A DNA stretch of 64,000 bases from Parachlamydiales bacterium (lineage in GTDB: Bacteria; Chlamydiota; Chlamydiia; Chlamydiales; JAJFMK01). Location of the stretch: positions 32,001 to 96,000 of the forward strand of contig CAVXVG010000029.1 of assembly GCA_963765145.1 (NCBI GenBank), read 5' to 3'. Made by a program: the position numbers and the translations under genes. The notes under the pieces were generated by a model that made no database searches, was not told where the DNA came from, and saw only the letters and a program-made list of their open reading frames with translations. This document shows, one piece after another, positions 1 through 13,470 of this stretch (position 1 is the stretch's first letter; every line of letters starts with the position of its first letter).

Positions 1-61
1 AAAATGTTGATCATGAAAGACTCGGGCGTTTATAAAGCTGCTGCAGATAATAAGGGCATTT

Positions 62-1853
62 ATGAAAACACGTGACGAAATTGACCTAAAAGATACTTGG
101 GATTTAAAGCCGCTCTTTTTCTTCCCCCGAAGAGTGGGAAAAAGCCTTTCAAAAGGCAAAAAATTTGCCCTCATTGGAACCTTTTAAAGGTCACCTCAAA
201 GATGGAATCGACACTTTTGTTGCAGCATGCCAAGTGATCTACGACACCTGTCGCGAACTTGAAAAGTTGTATACGTATGCCCACCTCTATCACGATGTCG
301 AGATCACGGCCGTTGATGCAAAAAGCAAATATGCACAGATCCAAACCCTTTTTCAAACCTTCCAAGATCAGCGCTCTTGGTTTGAGCCCGAAATTTTAAG
401 CCTTCCTGACGATCTGCTAAAAAAATATCTCAATGACCCTAAGCTTGGCGCTTTTCGGTTCCCCACAGAGGTCATCGTTCACCTAAAACCCCACATTCTC
501 GACGCTGAAGGGGAAGCCATTTTAGCTAAAAGCGACGAAGCGCTCTCGACAACGTATAAAGCCTATAAGGCTTTAACCGATGCTGACATCGCTTTTCCTG
601 ACATCAAGGACAGCCAGGGTAATACCCTCCCCCTGAGTCATGGGGCTTATGGAATGTACCTACGCTCGCCCGACCGGACGTTGAGAAAAGAGGCTTTCAC
701 TGCGTTTCATCAAAGTTTTGCGCAATTTGGAAACACATTGGGCGAACTGTTCCAGGGCATCATCAAAAACCACCAGTTCCATGCGAAGACACGTGGATAC
801 AAAAGTTGCCTTGAAGCAGCTCTTTTCCCTCGCAACATCCCAACCCAGGTGTATGATGCTTTAATCGACGCGGTACGAAAAGGGATAGGCGCCCACCACA
901 ATTACATTGATTTGCGGAAGAAAATTTTAGGGGTCGAAGCTTTCCACCTCTATGATAGCTATGCCCCATTAGTTGAAGGGGTCGATGTCGATATTCCGTA
1001 CGATGAAGCGGTCGATTTAGTGATTGCATCTGTAGCCCTTCTTGGAAAAGAGTATCAAGACACTCTTGCCAAAGGTTTAAAAAGCCAAGGATGGGTTGAC
1101 CGGTACGAAAACAAAAACAAACGGTCCGGAGCCTATTCTTCAGGCTGCTACGACAGTCACCCTTACATTCTGATGAATTATAAAGGAACATTCCGCGACT
1201 TGTTTACCCTGGCTCACGAGGCAGGTCACAGTATGCACAGCTATTTGTCAAAGAAAAATCAGCCTTATCCAATCGCAGATTACCCTATTTTCTTGGCAGA
1301 AGTGGCATCCACCTTCAATGAAGAGCTTTTATTCCAACATTTGTTGAAAAACACAACCGATCCGAAAAAACGGCGGTATTTCATCACACAAAAGCTGGAC
1401 GATCTTAGGGCTACCTTCTTTAGACAAACCCTGTTTGCAGAGTTGGAGCTTCAAACACACAAGTGGGTCGAAGAGGGCATCCCTCTTACTCCTGAAAAAC
1501 TCAATGCCTACTATAGAGAGCTCACCGAGTTTTATTTTGGCTCTTCCCTTGTCTTTGACAGCTTTGGTCAGGTCGAATGGTCACGCATCCCACACTTCTA
1601 CTATAATTTTTACGTTTACCAATATGCGACCGGATTGAGCGCTGCCCTCCAATTGGCAACAGCGGTTTCTGAAGGGGGCGAGTCAGAAAGGAATCGTTAC
1701 TTGAAGTTCCTATCTTCCGGCGGCTCTAATTACCCTATTCCGCTGTTGAAAGATGCGGGTGTCGATTTAACGAAAGGAGATGCAGTGGCTTCCACCTTAA
1801 ATTTGTTCCGTCAACTGACAGACGACTTGGCACTCGAATGTGGCAAGTGCTAA
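62..1853 (+). CDS. pepF: Oligoendopeptidase F (M3B); 1-nt frameshift near 115-130, probably a sequencing error
   Basis: ATG at 62 gives MKTRDEIDLKDTWDL, typical of the PepF N-terminus. ORF 165-1853 has KRSGAYS, the HEAGH zinc motif, AEVAS and W.RIPHFY..FYVYQYATG. Confidence 0.93.
1827..1853 (+). promoter_or_regulatory. CIRCE element (HrcA operator) upstream of groES-groEL
   Basis: TTGGCACTC-N9-AAGTGCTAA against consensus TTAGCACTC-N9-GAGTGCTAA, 66 bp before groES. Confidence 0.85.
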
Positions 1854-1919
1854 ACGCCTCTTGTTTTAAAACGGGAGTTTGGCTAAGGTAATGAGCAAAT
1901 TTACAACAGTGGTGAAAAT

Positions 1920-3886
<1,967 letters not shown>

Positions 3887-3889
3887 TAG

Positions 3890-4061
3890 AAAAAACCACT
3901 GAGGCACTGAGATCACTGAGGAAGTTGAGAACACTGAGAACCATTTTCTGGTAAATAAATGTGAATTCAATTTTCTATCAATTTATGAAAGTTGTTTTAC
4001 AAAAAACCAGCTCTCAGTGACCTCGACTTCCTCAGTGATCTCAGTGTCTCAGTGGTTTTTT
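3890..4061. repeat. Long inverted repeat with four CACTGAG units per arm, downstream of groEL
   Basis: AAAAAACCACTGAGGCACTGAGATCACTGAGGAAGTTGAGAACACTGAG ... CTCAGTGACCTCGACTTCCTCAGTGATCTCAGTGTCTCAGTGGTTTTTT. Confidence 0.9.
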
Positions 4062-4087
4062 TTCAAACACGTCAAGGTGTATGTAAT

Positions 4088-4834
4088 ATGGAAACTTCTT
4101 GGGAAAAATCGAGTCAATGGTACGACGATATCGTCGGTGAAAAGGGTCATACCTACCACCAAGAGATCATCCTCCCTGCACTTCTTAAATTATTAGACTT
4201 AAAACCAAACGACCACCTCCTCGATGTCGGCTGCGGCCAAGGGGTTTTCGCCCGCGCCCTGCCAAAAGGGGTCAAATACACAGGTATCGACGCCTCCCCT
4301 ACACTTATCAAAAAAGCAAAATCCACTTACCCCGCCGGTCAATTTATCGTGACCGACGCCACAAAGCCATACCCATTAAAAGAAAAGGCGACCCATGCGA
4401 TTTGTATTTTGTGCCTACAAAATATGAACGACCCCAAAAGCGCCTTGAAACAGCTTGCCGGACACACAACAGGTAAAGTGATCCTTGTTCTTAACCATCC
4501 TTGCTTCCGCATCCCTCGCCAATCTAGCTGGGGCATAGACGAAGGTAAAAAAATCCAATACCGGCGGATCGACCGGTACATGACACCTCTACAAATACCG
4601 ATCCAAACACACCCAGGCAAAGGGGGCGAATCCACCCTTTCTTTCCACTTCCCTCTCTCTTACTGGACATCTAGCTGCAAAGATGCCGGCATCGTCATCC
4701 ATGACATTCAAGAGTGGTGCAGCCACAAAGAAAGTACCGGCCGCATGGCCCGTATGGAAAACCGTGCCCGCGAAGAATTCCCCCTCTTTCTAGCCCTAGT
4801 CGGGCAAGCAACTGCTACTCCTGAAAAGAAGTAA
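4088..4834 (+). CDS. Class I SAM-dependent methyltransferase
   Basis: LLDVGCGQG motif I, GIDAS, LNHPCF. ATG 4088 preferred because the upstream extension runs through the repeat. Confidence 0.88.
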   Translation: METSWEKSSQWYDDIVGEKGHTYHQEIILPALLKLLDLKPNDHLLDVGCGQGVFARALPKGVKYTGIDASPTLIKKAKSTYPAGQFIVTDATKPYPLKEKATHAICILCLQNMNDPKSALKQLAGHTTGKVILVLNHPCFRIPRQSSWGIDEGKKIQYRRIDRYMTPLQIPIQTHPGKGGESTLSFHFPLSYWTSSCKDAGIVIHDIQEWCSHKESTGRMARMENRAREEFPLFLALVGQATATPEKK

Positions 4835-4866
4835 GCCGCTTCAAAAGAGGGGGTTCATAGCCCGAT

Positions 4867-4895
4867 TTGACAAAAGCACACCGCCGTATTACACT
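4867..4895 (+). promoter_or_regulatory. Sigma70/66-type promoter of the antitoxin-Doc operon
   Basis: TTGACA-17 bp-TACACT, followed by GGAGG RBS and ATG at 4915. Confidence 0.7.
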
Positions 4896-4914
4896 CGTAA
4901 GTACGGAGGAAGAT

Positions 4915-5148
4915 ATGTTAGTGAAACAACTCACACAGAGTGGCAATAGTAAAGCTATTATTTTAGATAAATCCTTGCTGACTGCAGCAGGTCTAGATGA
5001 AGATGCTCTTTTTGGTATTACAATTAACCCAAATGGCGGACTTACCATCCAGTCTTTAGAAACAACTGATCCGGACTTAAAGAAAGCCGCATTTAAAAAA
5101 GTTATGGAAAAACATCGTGATCTACTGAAAAGATTAAGTGACAGATGA
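4915..5148 (+). CDS. AbrB/MazE-fold antitoxin
   Basis: KQLTQSGNSKAIILDK AbrB-like N-terminus; ATGA overlap with the Doc gene. Confidence 0.8.
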   Translation: MLVKQLTQSGNSKAIILDKSLLTAAGLDEDALFGITINPNGGLTIQSLETTDPDLKKAAFKKVMEKHRDLLKRLSDR

Positions 5149-5546
5149 TTTTCTTGAACGTAGAAGACATTATTGATTTCCACACAGAAGTCGTCAACGA
5201 ATTCGGTGGCTCTCATGGCATAAGAGACATGGGCCTGCTGATATCGGCTGTCGAGATGCCTAAAGCAACTATGTTTGGGCAAGATCTACATCTTTCTATT
5301 TTTGATAAAGCTGCAGCGTACCTTTACCACATCATTTGCAATCACCCCTTTATTGATGGAAATAAAAGAACAGGGATTGCTTCTACGTTAACGTTTTTAG
5401 AGCTAAACCAATTAATTATTCCATTTGACTCTTTTGAATTAGAAGAACTGACTGTTCAGGTAGCAAAGGGAGAAGTAAAAAAGGAAGAAATCGCCCGTTT
5501 CTTTGAAAAATGTTTTGAATCAAAATTCACAACCAAAGACATTTAA
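5145..5546 (+). CDS. doc: Doc/Fic family toxin (death-on-curing)
   Basis: HPFIDGNKRTG Fic/Doc motif, GIRDMGLLISA. Confidence 0.92.
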   Translation: MIFLNVEDIIDFHTEVVNEFGGSHGIRDMGLLISAVEMPKATMFGQDLHLSIFDKAAAYLYHIICNHPFIDGNKRTGIASTLTFLELNQLIIPFDSFELEELTVQVAKGEVKKEEIARFFEKCFESKFTTKDI

Positions 5547-5852
5547 AATCATGAAAAACCATGTTCTATTGGAAATGCTATGATTTTTTGCGTTGAAATT
5601 AAGATTTTCAGCTTATCCTTGCGTCACCTAGACAAACCCACGAGACGTTAAAAAAACCACCAAATATTTATACGAACTTTATGTTGCTGAGTTACCTTTA
5701 AGAATGTAGGGAGGGTAAAAAGTTACTAACTACGGTTCTTCTTCAGGGAATGAACCCTAGTTACTTTGGCGGACGTTTTTTTCTTTTAGAAATCATTCCG
5801 TCCGCCTTTACCTTAGGCGAACTGTATATCACTGATATCCCGTTCGCCTTTT

Positions 5853-6884
5853 TTACTCCCCCCATTTAAGGGCGTCAAGCTTGTCAAGCGTCTCTTGAAA
5901 ATCGAGTGTTTGACTCATGTCGAATTGATAACCTTCCCAATAGCTACCTTTCAAGCGATTCGGGGCTAATCTCTTCAAAGCTAAATAGGTAACACAATCA
6001 ACTTCATCAATTGGAACACCGATCATAGCTTGTTGTTTCTCTGAAAAAATAGCAATCTGATCAATAGAACGGCCCATTTTGTTAGGCACTAGCGGGTGGG
6101 TTACCTCAAAAGACAATCCACCGTTTGGAAAATTAAAGGAGTAATTCCCGGAACCATCCCTTGAAATAGTGATTTCGATTTCTTTATCGAGATGCATGAG
6201 AACGGACACTCCGAAGGGCGCGGTCATCTTGCCAGTAACGGCCTCATCAAGCTCTAAACGATATCTCTTGCCAGATTCAAGAACGGTAAATTTTCCTTTC
6301 TTCACCCCTGCTAGAAGGAAAGACCAACATGAAGTGGCAAACGCTAGATCAACTTCTGACCAAACTTTTGCAAATTCTACCGCCATATTACCTAAAAACT
6401 TGTCATCCATCTGATCAACATCGCTTTCATCAGGCCATGTCTCAATATCATAAAACCGTTCTGTTACTACACTTACTGTTCCATCAGGACCTATTACCTT
6501 TATTTCCTCATCAGTCCATGATCCTTCTTTTGGGTCGGTAAATCCATGTTCATCAAAGCCTGATATTTTCTCGATGATAGAGTTAGCAAGTTCAAGGCCA
6601 AGCTCTCCACTACTGATCCATCTGCCGATCGCAAACCGATTAATAAGAGAGGAAAAAAACTTCAAAATGAAGCCAAGTCGACCCTCGTAAGCCTTCATTT
6701 TCTGCTCAGAAAGGCGATGCACCTTTTGAGCTAAATCAATAGAAGAAGTTGCCGCTGTTTTCTGGTAGTTCCAAACGGCACGATGTAGCGAAGTTAAAGG
6801 ATGAACCGTATCGGCGCAGTCATTAAAAGACCGAGGAGGCAAATGGGGGAGAATTTGAGATGTTTTATTATTAGTAACGTTCAT
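5853..6884 (-). CDS. Hypothetical protein, effector-like; paralog of the adjacent gene
   Basis: 343-aa ORF sharing TVHPLTSLH and GELGLELANS with the upstream gene. Confidence 0.7.
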   Translation of the reverse strand: MNVTNNKTSQILPHLPPRSFNDCADTVHPLTSLHRAVWNYQKTAATSSIDLAQKVHRLSEQKMKAYEGRLGFILKFFSSLINRFAIGRWISSGELGLELANSIIEKISGFDEHGFTDPKEGSWTDEEIKVIGPDGTVSVVTERFYDIETWPDESDVDQMDDKFLGNMAVEFAKVWSEVDLAFATSCWSFLLAGVKKGKFTVLESGKRYRLELDEAVTGKMTAPFGVSVLMHLDKEIEITISRDGSGNYSFNFPNGGLSFEVTHPLVPNKMGRSIDQIAIFSEKQQAMIGVPIDEVDCVTYLALKRLAPNRLKGSYWEGYQFDMSQTLDFQETLDKLDALKWGE

Positions 6885-7045
6885 ATGGAATCATTTTATC
6901 CCATTTGAATTAAGTTACTCCAAAGATATTAATAATTTTTCTTAATGTTTAATGCGCGAAGCATTTTGAGTATCTTATTGGGAGGATATGGGTGTGCCCT
7001 ATTTGGCGAACGGTGTATCTTTTCAGATTCCTCATTCGCCTTTCT

Positions 7046-8352
7046 TTATGCCCATTCTATTGCATTAAGTCCTTCTAAGGCGTCTTCGAAGGAAAGTGGC
7101 AAATCCAAAGGAATTTCTTTTTGGTCAAAATCAGAAACAAATTGCTCAATGACCTTGGAAATAGCCCATGGAATTTTATATGAGGTCATGCCAATCTCTA
7201 ACTGATTGTTTTCCAAAATAGTGATTCGGTTAATAGGACGACTGATTGTTGGTAACCACCAGAGAGCACTGCAGAGTGCCGCTACCAACTTACCTTCCAA
7301 TTTCTCAACTATCTTTTCAGAATCTTTTTTTAACGGAGAGGAGGAGTCTGGAAGTTGTTTTGCAGCTTCTATAAGCTTATCGCGGAATTCACCTGATTTA
7401 CTTGGCACAGCATTAAAAGTGATTCCGCCCTTAGGGAATATGAAAGACCGCTTCCCTTCTTCATCTACTGCAATCTTAACTTCAATTTCGTGATCCAAGC
7501 TAATATAAAAAGGTGTTTCAAGTGGGATCGGGACAGCCTCGTTTTTAAAAAAAATTATTCCAGTGGGAGAGTTATCGATTTCAAGAACATAGTTCTTACC
7601 TGGTTCTACGACCTTCCAATCTATTCCTCCTGCTCCCTTTAAAAGGCTGTCCCAAAGCTTGGATATGTTCTCTTGATCATTTTGGCTTCTCCAAATATCC
7701 CGACAAAGCTCTTTGCATCGGATCCAACTCATTTTCTTCTGGTGGGGTTAAGGGCTTTGACACCCTAAGGTTCTCTGGCATTAGCTCTTCAATAAACCGC
7801 TCCATATCTATTGCATTAAACGGAACTGTAGATTTCGAATCTTCAACAGCAGGCTCTTCTAGTGCATCATAAAACTTATCTGCCTCATCATCTGGAACTA
7901 CTAGAACCTCGCTTATTGCATCAAAAAAAAATTCTTCGGACGCTATCTCTTCTCTGGCAACAGTAACAAGTTTTTTTGCTAATCCATTCTTTATTTCTGA
8001 AGCATCTTTTTTTTCTCTTTCTAACTTTTTCGCTCTTGCAATCACAGAGTTGGCGAGTTCAAGGCCAAGTTCCCCGAGCTGATCCATTTGCAACATTAAG
8101 GATTGGCCCAATTGAGGGCAGAAAAATGTTTCAGTACAAAGCCAAACCTTGCTTTATAAGCATCTATCTTTTGCTTGGAAAGAAGCTTGACCCTGTCTGC
8201 CAACATCCTATCAGAAGAAGTGTCTGCTATGATCTGATATCTATAGATAGCAGATGGAGCGAAGTTAAAGGATGCACTGTCTCTGGAAAGCTCTCGAAGG
8301 AGGAAAGCCAGAGAGGTGGAATGGAGAAAAAATTACTAAGAGGCGTCGTCAT
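7046..8352 (-). pseudogene. Frameshifted paralog of 5853-6884 (pseudogene or sequencing errors)
   Basis: ATG at 8352 gives MTTPLSNFF...TVHPLTSLH; continues in ORFs 7677-8111 (GELGLELANS) and 7046-7732 (F.FPKGG, I.RITI). Confidence 0.65.
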
Positions 8353-8427
8353 AATTAAAATATTATATCGGAAAAAACTGGGGTGGTTTTTATTAACAAC
8401 TTTTTAAATTAAATTCATTGTTTAATA

Positions 8428-8918
8428 CGCGAAGCGTTTGGAGTGCTAAACGGCCTTGTTGCATAATTCAATTTCTAATTAAAAAATGTAGCTTAGGCTT
8501 TAGAGGCACTTGCAAAAATCAGAATAAACTCTGATAAAGCCCTTAACATCTCTTAAGAGTTCTTGGTTACAAGATAAAAATAACAGGATGAACAGGGTGA
8601 ACAGGATAAGCTTCGCCAACAAAATGATTTCTATTTTCAAAATGATAAAGCTAGGCGGAGCTATCCTGTCGCTCGATGAGCGATCCTGTTCATCCTGTTT
8701 AATTTATAGGAAGCTTTTCCTTAGGTTAATGCAATACATAAGGGTCTATTGTGATCTGGAGTCCGATTTTTGCAAGTGTCTCTTTAGCCTGAGCTACAAT
8801 ATTTGTCCAAATTATGCTTAATTATGCAACAAGGCCGTGCTCCTGAGCCCGTTTAGCCTTTCACTTTCACAGATCAGTCAAAGCTAAACGGGCTCAGGAG
8901 CACTCCAAACGCTTCGCG
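8428..8918. repeat. Five-level nested composite: palindrome A > IS903-like MITE B (8452-8836) > GTAG-REP C (8487-8798) > MITE D (8503-8782) > hairpin E (8582-8699)
   Basis: A ends CGCGAAGCGTTTGGAG/CTCCAAACGCTTCGCG. B TIR GGCCTTGTTGCATAATT. C TGTAGCTTAGGC..GCCTGAGCTACA. D TIR GAGRCACTTGCAAAAATC with TTTA duplication. E AACAGGATGAACAGG..CCTGTTCATCCTGTT. Confidence 0.88.
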
Positions 8919-8925
8919 AGACCTT

Positions 8926-11442
8926 TTACTTTTCTATCACCAGGTTTAGCAGCTTGTTGGGGACGAAAATAACCTTTTTCAAGGTGCCTTCGGCTAGGTA
9001 CTTCTGGATCTGAGGGTGACCCTTGGCTTTCACGAGGATCTCGGCTTCTGAAAGGTTGACCGGCAGCTCAAAGCGACCACGCACTTTCCCATTAACTTGG
9101 ACAACGTAGGTGACCTCTGCATCATGCAAATATTGCTGTTTTACTTCAGGGTAAGGACAGATGTTGATGTCCTCTTTAAAGCCCAAATGTCCCACAGTTC
9201 AGATGTGATGTGGGGAGCAAAAGAAAAGACACACTGCAGCACAATTTTAATGGCAGCTTTTGGAATTTTTTCAACTTTTGTAAAGTTGTTCATGATTCCA
9301 TCATCTTGGCAATGGCAGTATTGAATTGCAGAGTTTCCTGGCATCTTTCAAAATGTTATCGAGTAAGCGATGAGCAAGTTTTAACCCTTCCTCATCCCCT
9401 TCCTCTCTACAATTCGGTCAGAAGTGCAAAGATCCCAAAGTATCTCAAACCTTCGGCATCCCATCACCGCTTCACTGTTCCACACTTTTTCTTGTCGAGA
9501 GGGCCCATGAACATTTCATCAAGGCGCAAAGAATCTGCACCTAATTCGTCGATCACTTAGTCAGGGTGGCTTCGTGAGTTTCGGCATCCTGGTGTTACTG
9601 ATCTGAGAACGAAGCGGCTCTTTTGTCACCTTGTGGAACAAACTTACCATCGACCTCTTCTACCTCTTCGGAACGTACTGTCCGGTGCTTTTCTGATTCA
9701 AACAGGCTACCCATCATCCCTTGGTTAAATAACTTTTGGAATGGCTCTAACGTATGGACAAGGCCGCAATCGTAAAGCACTTTATGCCAAAACCTGGCGT
9801 TAATGATCAATCGAAAACAGCATCGTGCGCCAACATACAGATCAACCGGCAACCAATAGTTTTCGGCCTCTTTTGACCAGCCTTGTCGTTTAAAGGATCG
9901 GCAAATCGAAGATAATACCGGAACAACCTGCCCATTGAGGCATCGAATTGGTTTCACGCAGTGCTTTTCGACCTGTTTTTGGATCGACAATCTCCACCCA
10001 ATCTTTTGCCTTGGCAAAAGGACTTTTCCATCTCCTGCTGGGAGTAGATTCGTCGTCCACTTTTACGGCTGAATTAAGGGCAATTCATCGATGCCAAGCA
10101 CCCTTTCTGGTTCCATCTTCAAAATGGAGGATCAGGAAACGGCGCACCCAATACAGTCACATAAAAAGGCCGGTCGCGCAGCTTGTAGGTCACCGCTTCC
10201 AGCCCATTTCTTCAAGAAAGGCATTGATCGCATCTTTTGTTTCTTCAATAAAAAGCATACCGATGATCTTTCGGGCCATTTCATGTTCATCGAACGCCCG
10301 TCGCCCGACCAAGCAGTTTCTCCGGCTAAAACCTTTTACGAACATCTGCTTCTACAGGATCGATTACTTGGATAATGTCTCGGGCATATTTTTTAGCAAA
10401 ATCGAAGTCCCGTTCATCGTGCGCAGGAACCGCCATGACAGCCCCATTTTCCCATAGGCTGCTCGACGTAGTCGGCAATACAAATCGGTATCTTTTTTTG
10501 CGTCAAAGGGGGATGGACTGCAAAAGCGCCTGTAAATACGCCTGTTTTATCAAAATTTAACTCTGTTCGGTCTAAATCGCTCTTTGCAGCTGTTTCTTTT
10601 TGATATTTTTCGATCTCATTTTTTTGTGCTGCAGTCGTAATGCTAGAAACCAGCGGATGTTCTGGCGAAAGGACAACAAAAGTTCGCCGGCGAGATTATC
10701 TGCTCTTGTCGTAAAGACTGTAATCGCCTCTTTTGTCTTTTCCTCTATGAATTCGACATAAAGTCCGACACTTTTGCCTATCCAATTTTCCTGCAGTTTT
10801 TTCAAACCCTCGGGCCAATCGAGCAATTTCGAGTCGTCCACAACCTTCGGCATACGCGGTGATTTTTAGGACCCATTGACGCAAAGGGGCTCTTCAACCT
10901 GGTAACCCGATCTTTTGATACCCCATTTTCGACCTCTTCGTTAGCCAAAACAGAGCCGAGGGCCGGGCAATAGTTGACCAGCAGTTCGGCTTCATAGGCC
11001 AGATCCCTTCTCGTAAAGTTTTGTAAAGATCCATTGGGTCCATTTGTAATAGTCGGGAGAACTTGTGGCAATTTCTCGGTCCCAATCGTACGAAAAACCA
11101 ACCGCTTTCGGCTGTCTTTTGAATGTTGCTATGTTTTGGTCGGTCGTCACACTTGGGTGTGTCCCGGTCCGAATAGCATATTGTTCAGCCGGCAGACCAA
11201 AAACTATCCCATCCCATCGGGTCAAAACATTAAAACCCCGTTGCCGTTTAAAGCGCGCAGTGATGGGTTCCTGTATACCCAAGCAAATGTCCGACGTGCA
11301 ACCCCGAGCCAGAAGGGTAAGGAAACATATCGAGGACATAATATTTTGGCTTTTTAGGATCGATGGTAGAGCTAAAGGGCTTCTCGTTTTCCCAACGGGC
11401 TTGCCATTTCTTTTCTACTGCCTTGTGATCGTACTTTTTCAT
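8926..11442 (-). CDS. leuS: Leucine-tRNA ligase, heavily frameshifted in this sequence
   Basis: Fragments: [66 protein letters not shown]. Confidence 0.9.
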
Positions 11443-11478
11443 GATTTTCAATGGGAAAGGGTGTATATTGGATAGAGT

Positions 11479-13470
11479 ATGACAAAGAAGACGAATAATC
11501 GAAAAGGAAGACTGCAGAAAAAACCAATCCCCTTCTCTAAAAAAACAGAAACAAATGATGAAATTGTAAACGGAATCATCAGACTCCACCCTCGAGGATT
11601 TGGGTTTTTACTCCCCGAAGGGCGATGGGGCTCAAAAGAAGAAGTTTTCATCCCTCGCCACCTGACCATGCAAGCTTTTGACGGTGATAGAGTCGCCGTA
11701 GAGGTCAAAGCTGAGGTCTCTGCCAAAGGAAAAGAGGGCAAAGTTGTCGAGATTTTAGAACGAGTACGCACCCATTTAGCCGGCACTGTTTTTCGGATCA
11801 ATTCAAAAGGGCGCCCCGTCGTTTATGTCCCTATTTTAGGCAGCGAAAATCATGTCGTCCTAGAAGAAGGCGAAGCCAATGTTGGCGACCGTATAGTGCT
11901 AGAAATTTTAACTCACGGCGAGCAAGGGATTAAAGCAACAGGCAAATTAGAGAAAATCATGGGACACATCGATCGCCCCGGCGACGACATCCTTTCTGCC
12001 GTTCACGAATACACTCTGCCCGGCTCTTTTTCCCCCGAGTTGGTCCAATCTCTCAAAAATCTTGGCAAAACAGTAAATAAGTCAGACATGAAGGGACGAG
12101 AAGACCTGACCAAATTTCTGACTGTCACAATCGATCCTGAGACTGCCAAAGACTTTGACGACGCCCTTTCCATTTCAAAAAGAAAAGATGGTTCTTTTTA
12201 TTTGGCCGTGCACGTTGCCGATGTGTCTCACTATGTCAAACCTGGCACTTTAGTTGATGATGAAGCCAGAAAAAGACTTAATTCAACCTATTTGCCTGGT
12301 GTTTGCATCCCGATGCTGCCGGAAATCCTTTCAAACGAACTTTGCAGCTTAAAACCAGAGGTCGAAAGACTTGCTGCGACTGTTCATATGGAATTTAAGC
12401 CAAACGGAGAGCTGATCCGGTTTCGGATGGCCCGTTCGGTCATCAAAAGTGCTTATCGCTTTACCTACAAAGAGGCAAGACAGGTCATTGATGGGACTAA
12501 AGAAAGCCCCTACCGAGAAGCTCTTTTGCAGATGAAAGAGTTGGCTTTAGCTTTGAAATCAATCCGAAAAGGTCGGGGCAGTATTGAACTTTCGCTTCCC
12601 GATTTGATTGTCAGGGTAAACAAAGAAGGTGTTCCGACCGGCATTGAATGGGAAGAATACGATATCACCCACCAATTGGTGGAAGAATTCATGTTAAAGG
12701 CCAACGAACTTGTGGCAACCCACCTCACAACAGCAGGCAAGCCGGTTACCTACCGTATCCATGAAAGCCCGGACATTGAGGATATTGAAGAATTTGCAAG
12801 GCTAGTTAGCTCGTTTGACATCAAAGTGCCGGAAAACCCTACCTCGCACCAATTGCAAGAGGTGCTTGACCAAGCAGCTAAAACCCCATTTGCCTCGTTT
12901 GTCATCGGCAGCTATATCCGATCGATGAAAATGGCCGTTTATTCGCATGAAAATATTGGCCACCACGGGCTTGCGCTAGAAAATTATTGCCACTTCACCA
13001 GCCCCATCCGCCGCTATCCCGATTTAGTCGTCCACCGTTTGCTATTTGGCGGAGAGGCCACCCTTGAAGAGGTCGCATCTATTTCAGACCAAGCCTCCAG
13101 TCAAGAGCGGGTCTCTGCAAAAGCCGAGCAAAGCGTTAAGTTGTTAAAAAAACTGCGCCTTCTTAAACAAGAGCCCAAAGAAAAAGAGTTTGTCGCCTAT
13201 GTTTCAAAAGTGAAGCAGTTTGGATTTACTTTTGAGGTTGCAGAATTTGGCCTTGAAGGGTTTTTTGGATTTGAAGATCTCGGTGATGACTATTATGTTT
13301 ACAACGAGAAAACCCGCTCATTGACTGGCAGACGCACCGGATTGAATTTTTTTGTCGGGGCTAAAATTGGGGTCTATTTGCAAGATGTCGATTTGATCTT
13401 TCAAGAGGCAAAATGGTATCTATCTGTAGAAGGTGGCCAAGAAAACAGAAGGGGAAAAAGGAAAAAATGA
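11479..13470 (+). CDS. rnr: Ribonuclease R (RNB family)
   Basis: [26 protein letters not shown]-terminal cold-shock domains and C-terminal S1 domain. Confidence 0.95.
   Translation: MTKKTNNRKGRLQKKPIPFSKKTETNDEIVNGIIRLHPRGFGFLLPEGRWGSKEEVFIPRHLTMQAFDGDRVAVEVKAEVSAKGKEGKVVEILERVRTHLAGTVFRINSKGRPVVYVPILGSENHVVLEEGEANVGDRIVLEILTHGEQGIKATGKLEKIMGHIDRPGDDILSAVHEYTLPGSFSPELVQSLKNLGKTVNKSDMKGREDLTKFLTVTIDPETAKDFDDALSISKRKDGSFYLAVHVADVSHYVKPGTLVDDEARKRLNSTYLPGVCIPMLPEILSNELCSLKPEVERLAATVHMEFKPNGELIRFRMARSVIKSAYRFTYKEARQVIDGTKESPYREALLQMKELALALKSIRKGRGSIELSLPDLIVRVNKEGVPTGIEWEEYDITHQLVEEFMLKANELVATHLTTAGKPVTYRIHESPDIEDIEEFARLVSSFDIKVPENPTSHQLQEVLDQAAKTPFASFVIGSYIRSMKMAVYSHENIGHHGLALENYCHFTSPIRRYPDLVVHRLLFGGEATLEEVASISDQASSQERVSAKAEQSVKLLKKLRLLKQEPKEKEFVAYVSKVKQFGFTFEVAEFGLEGFFGFEDLGDDYYVYNEKTRSLTGRRTGLNFFVGAKIGVYLQDVDLIFQEAKWYLSVEGGQENRRGKRKK

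Noticed and set aside
1..75. Tail of an upstream CDS
   Set aside because: An open frame ends at TGA 73-75, but it is too short to assign.
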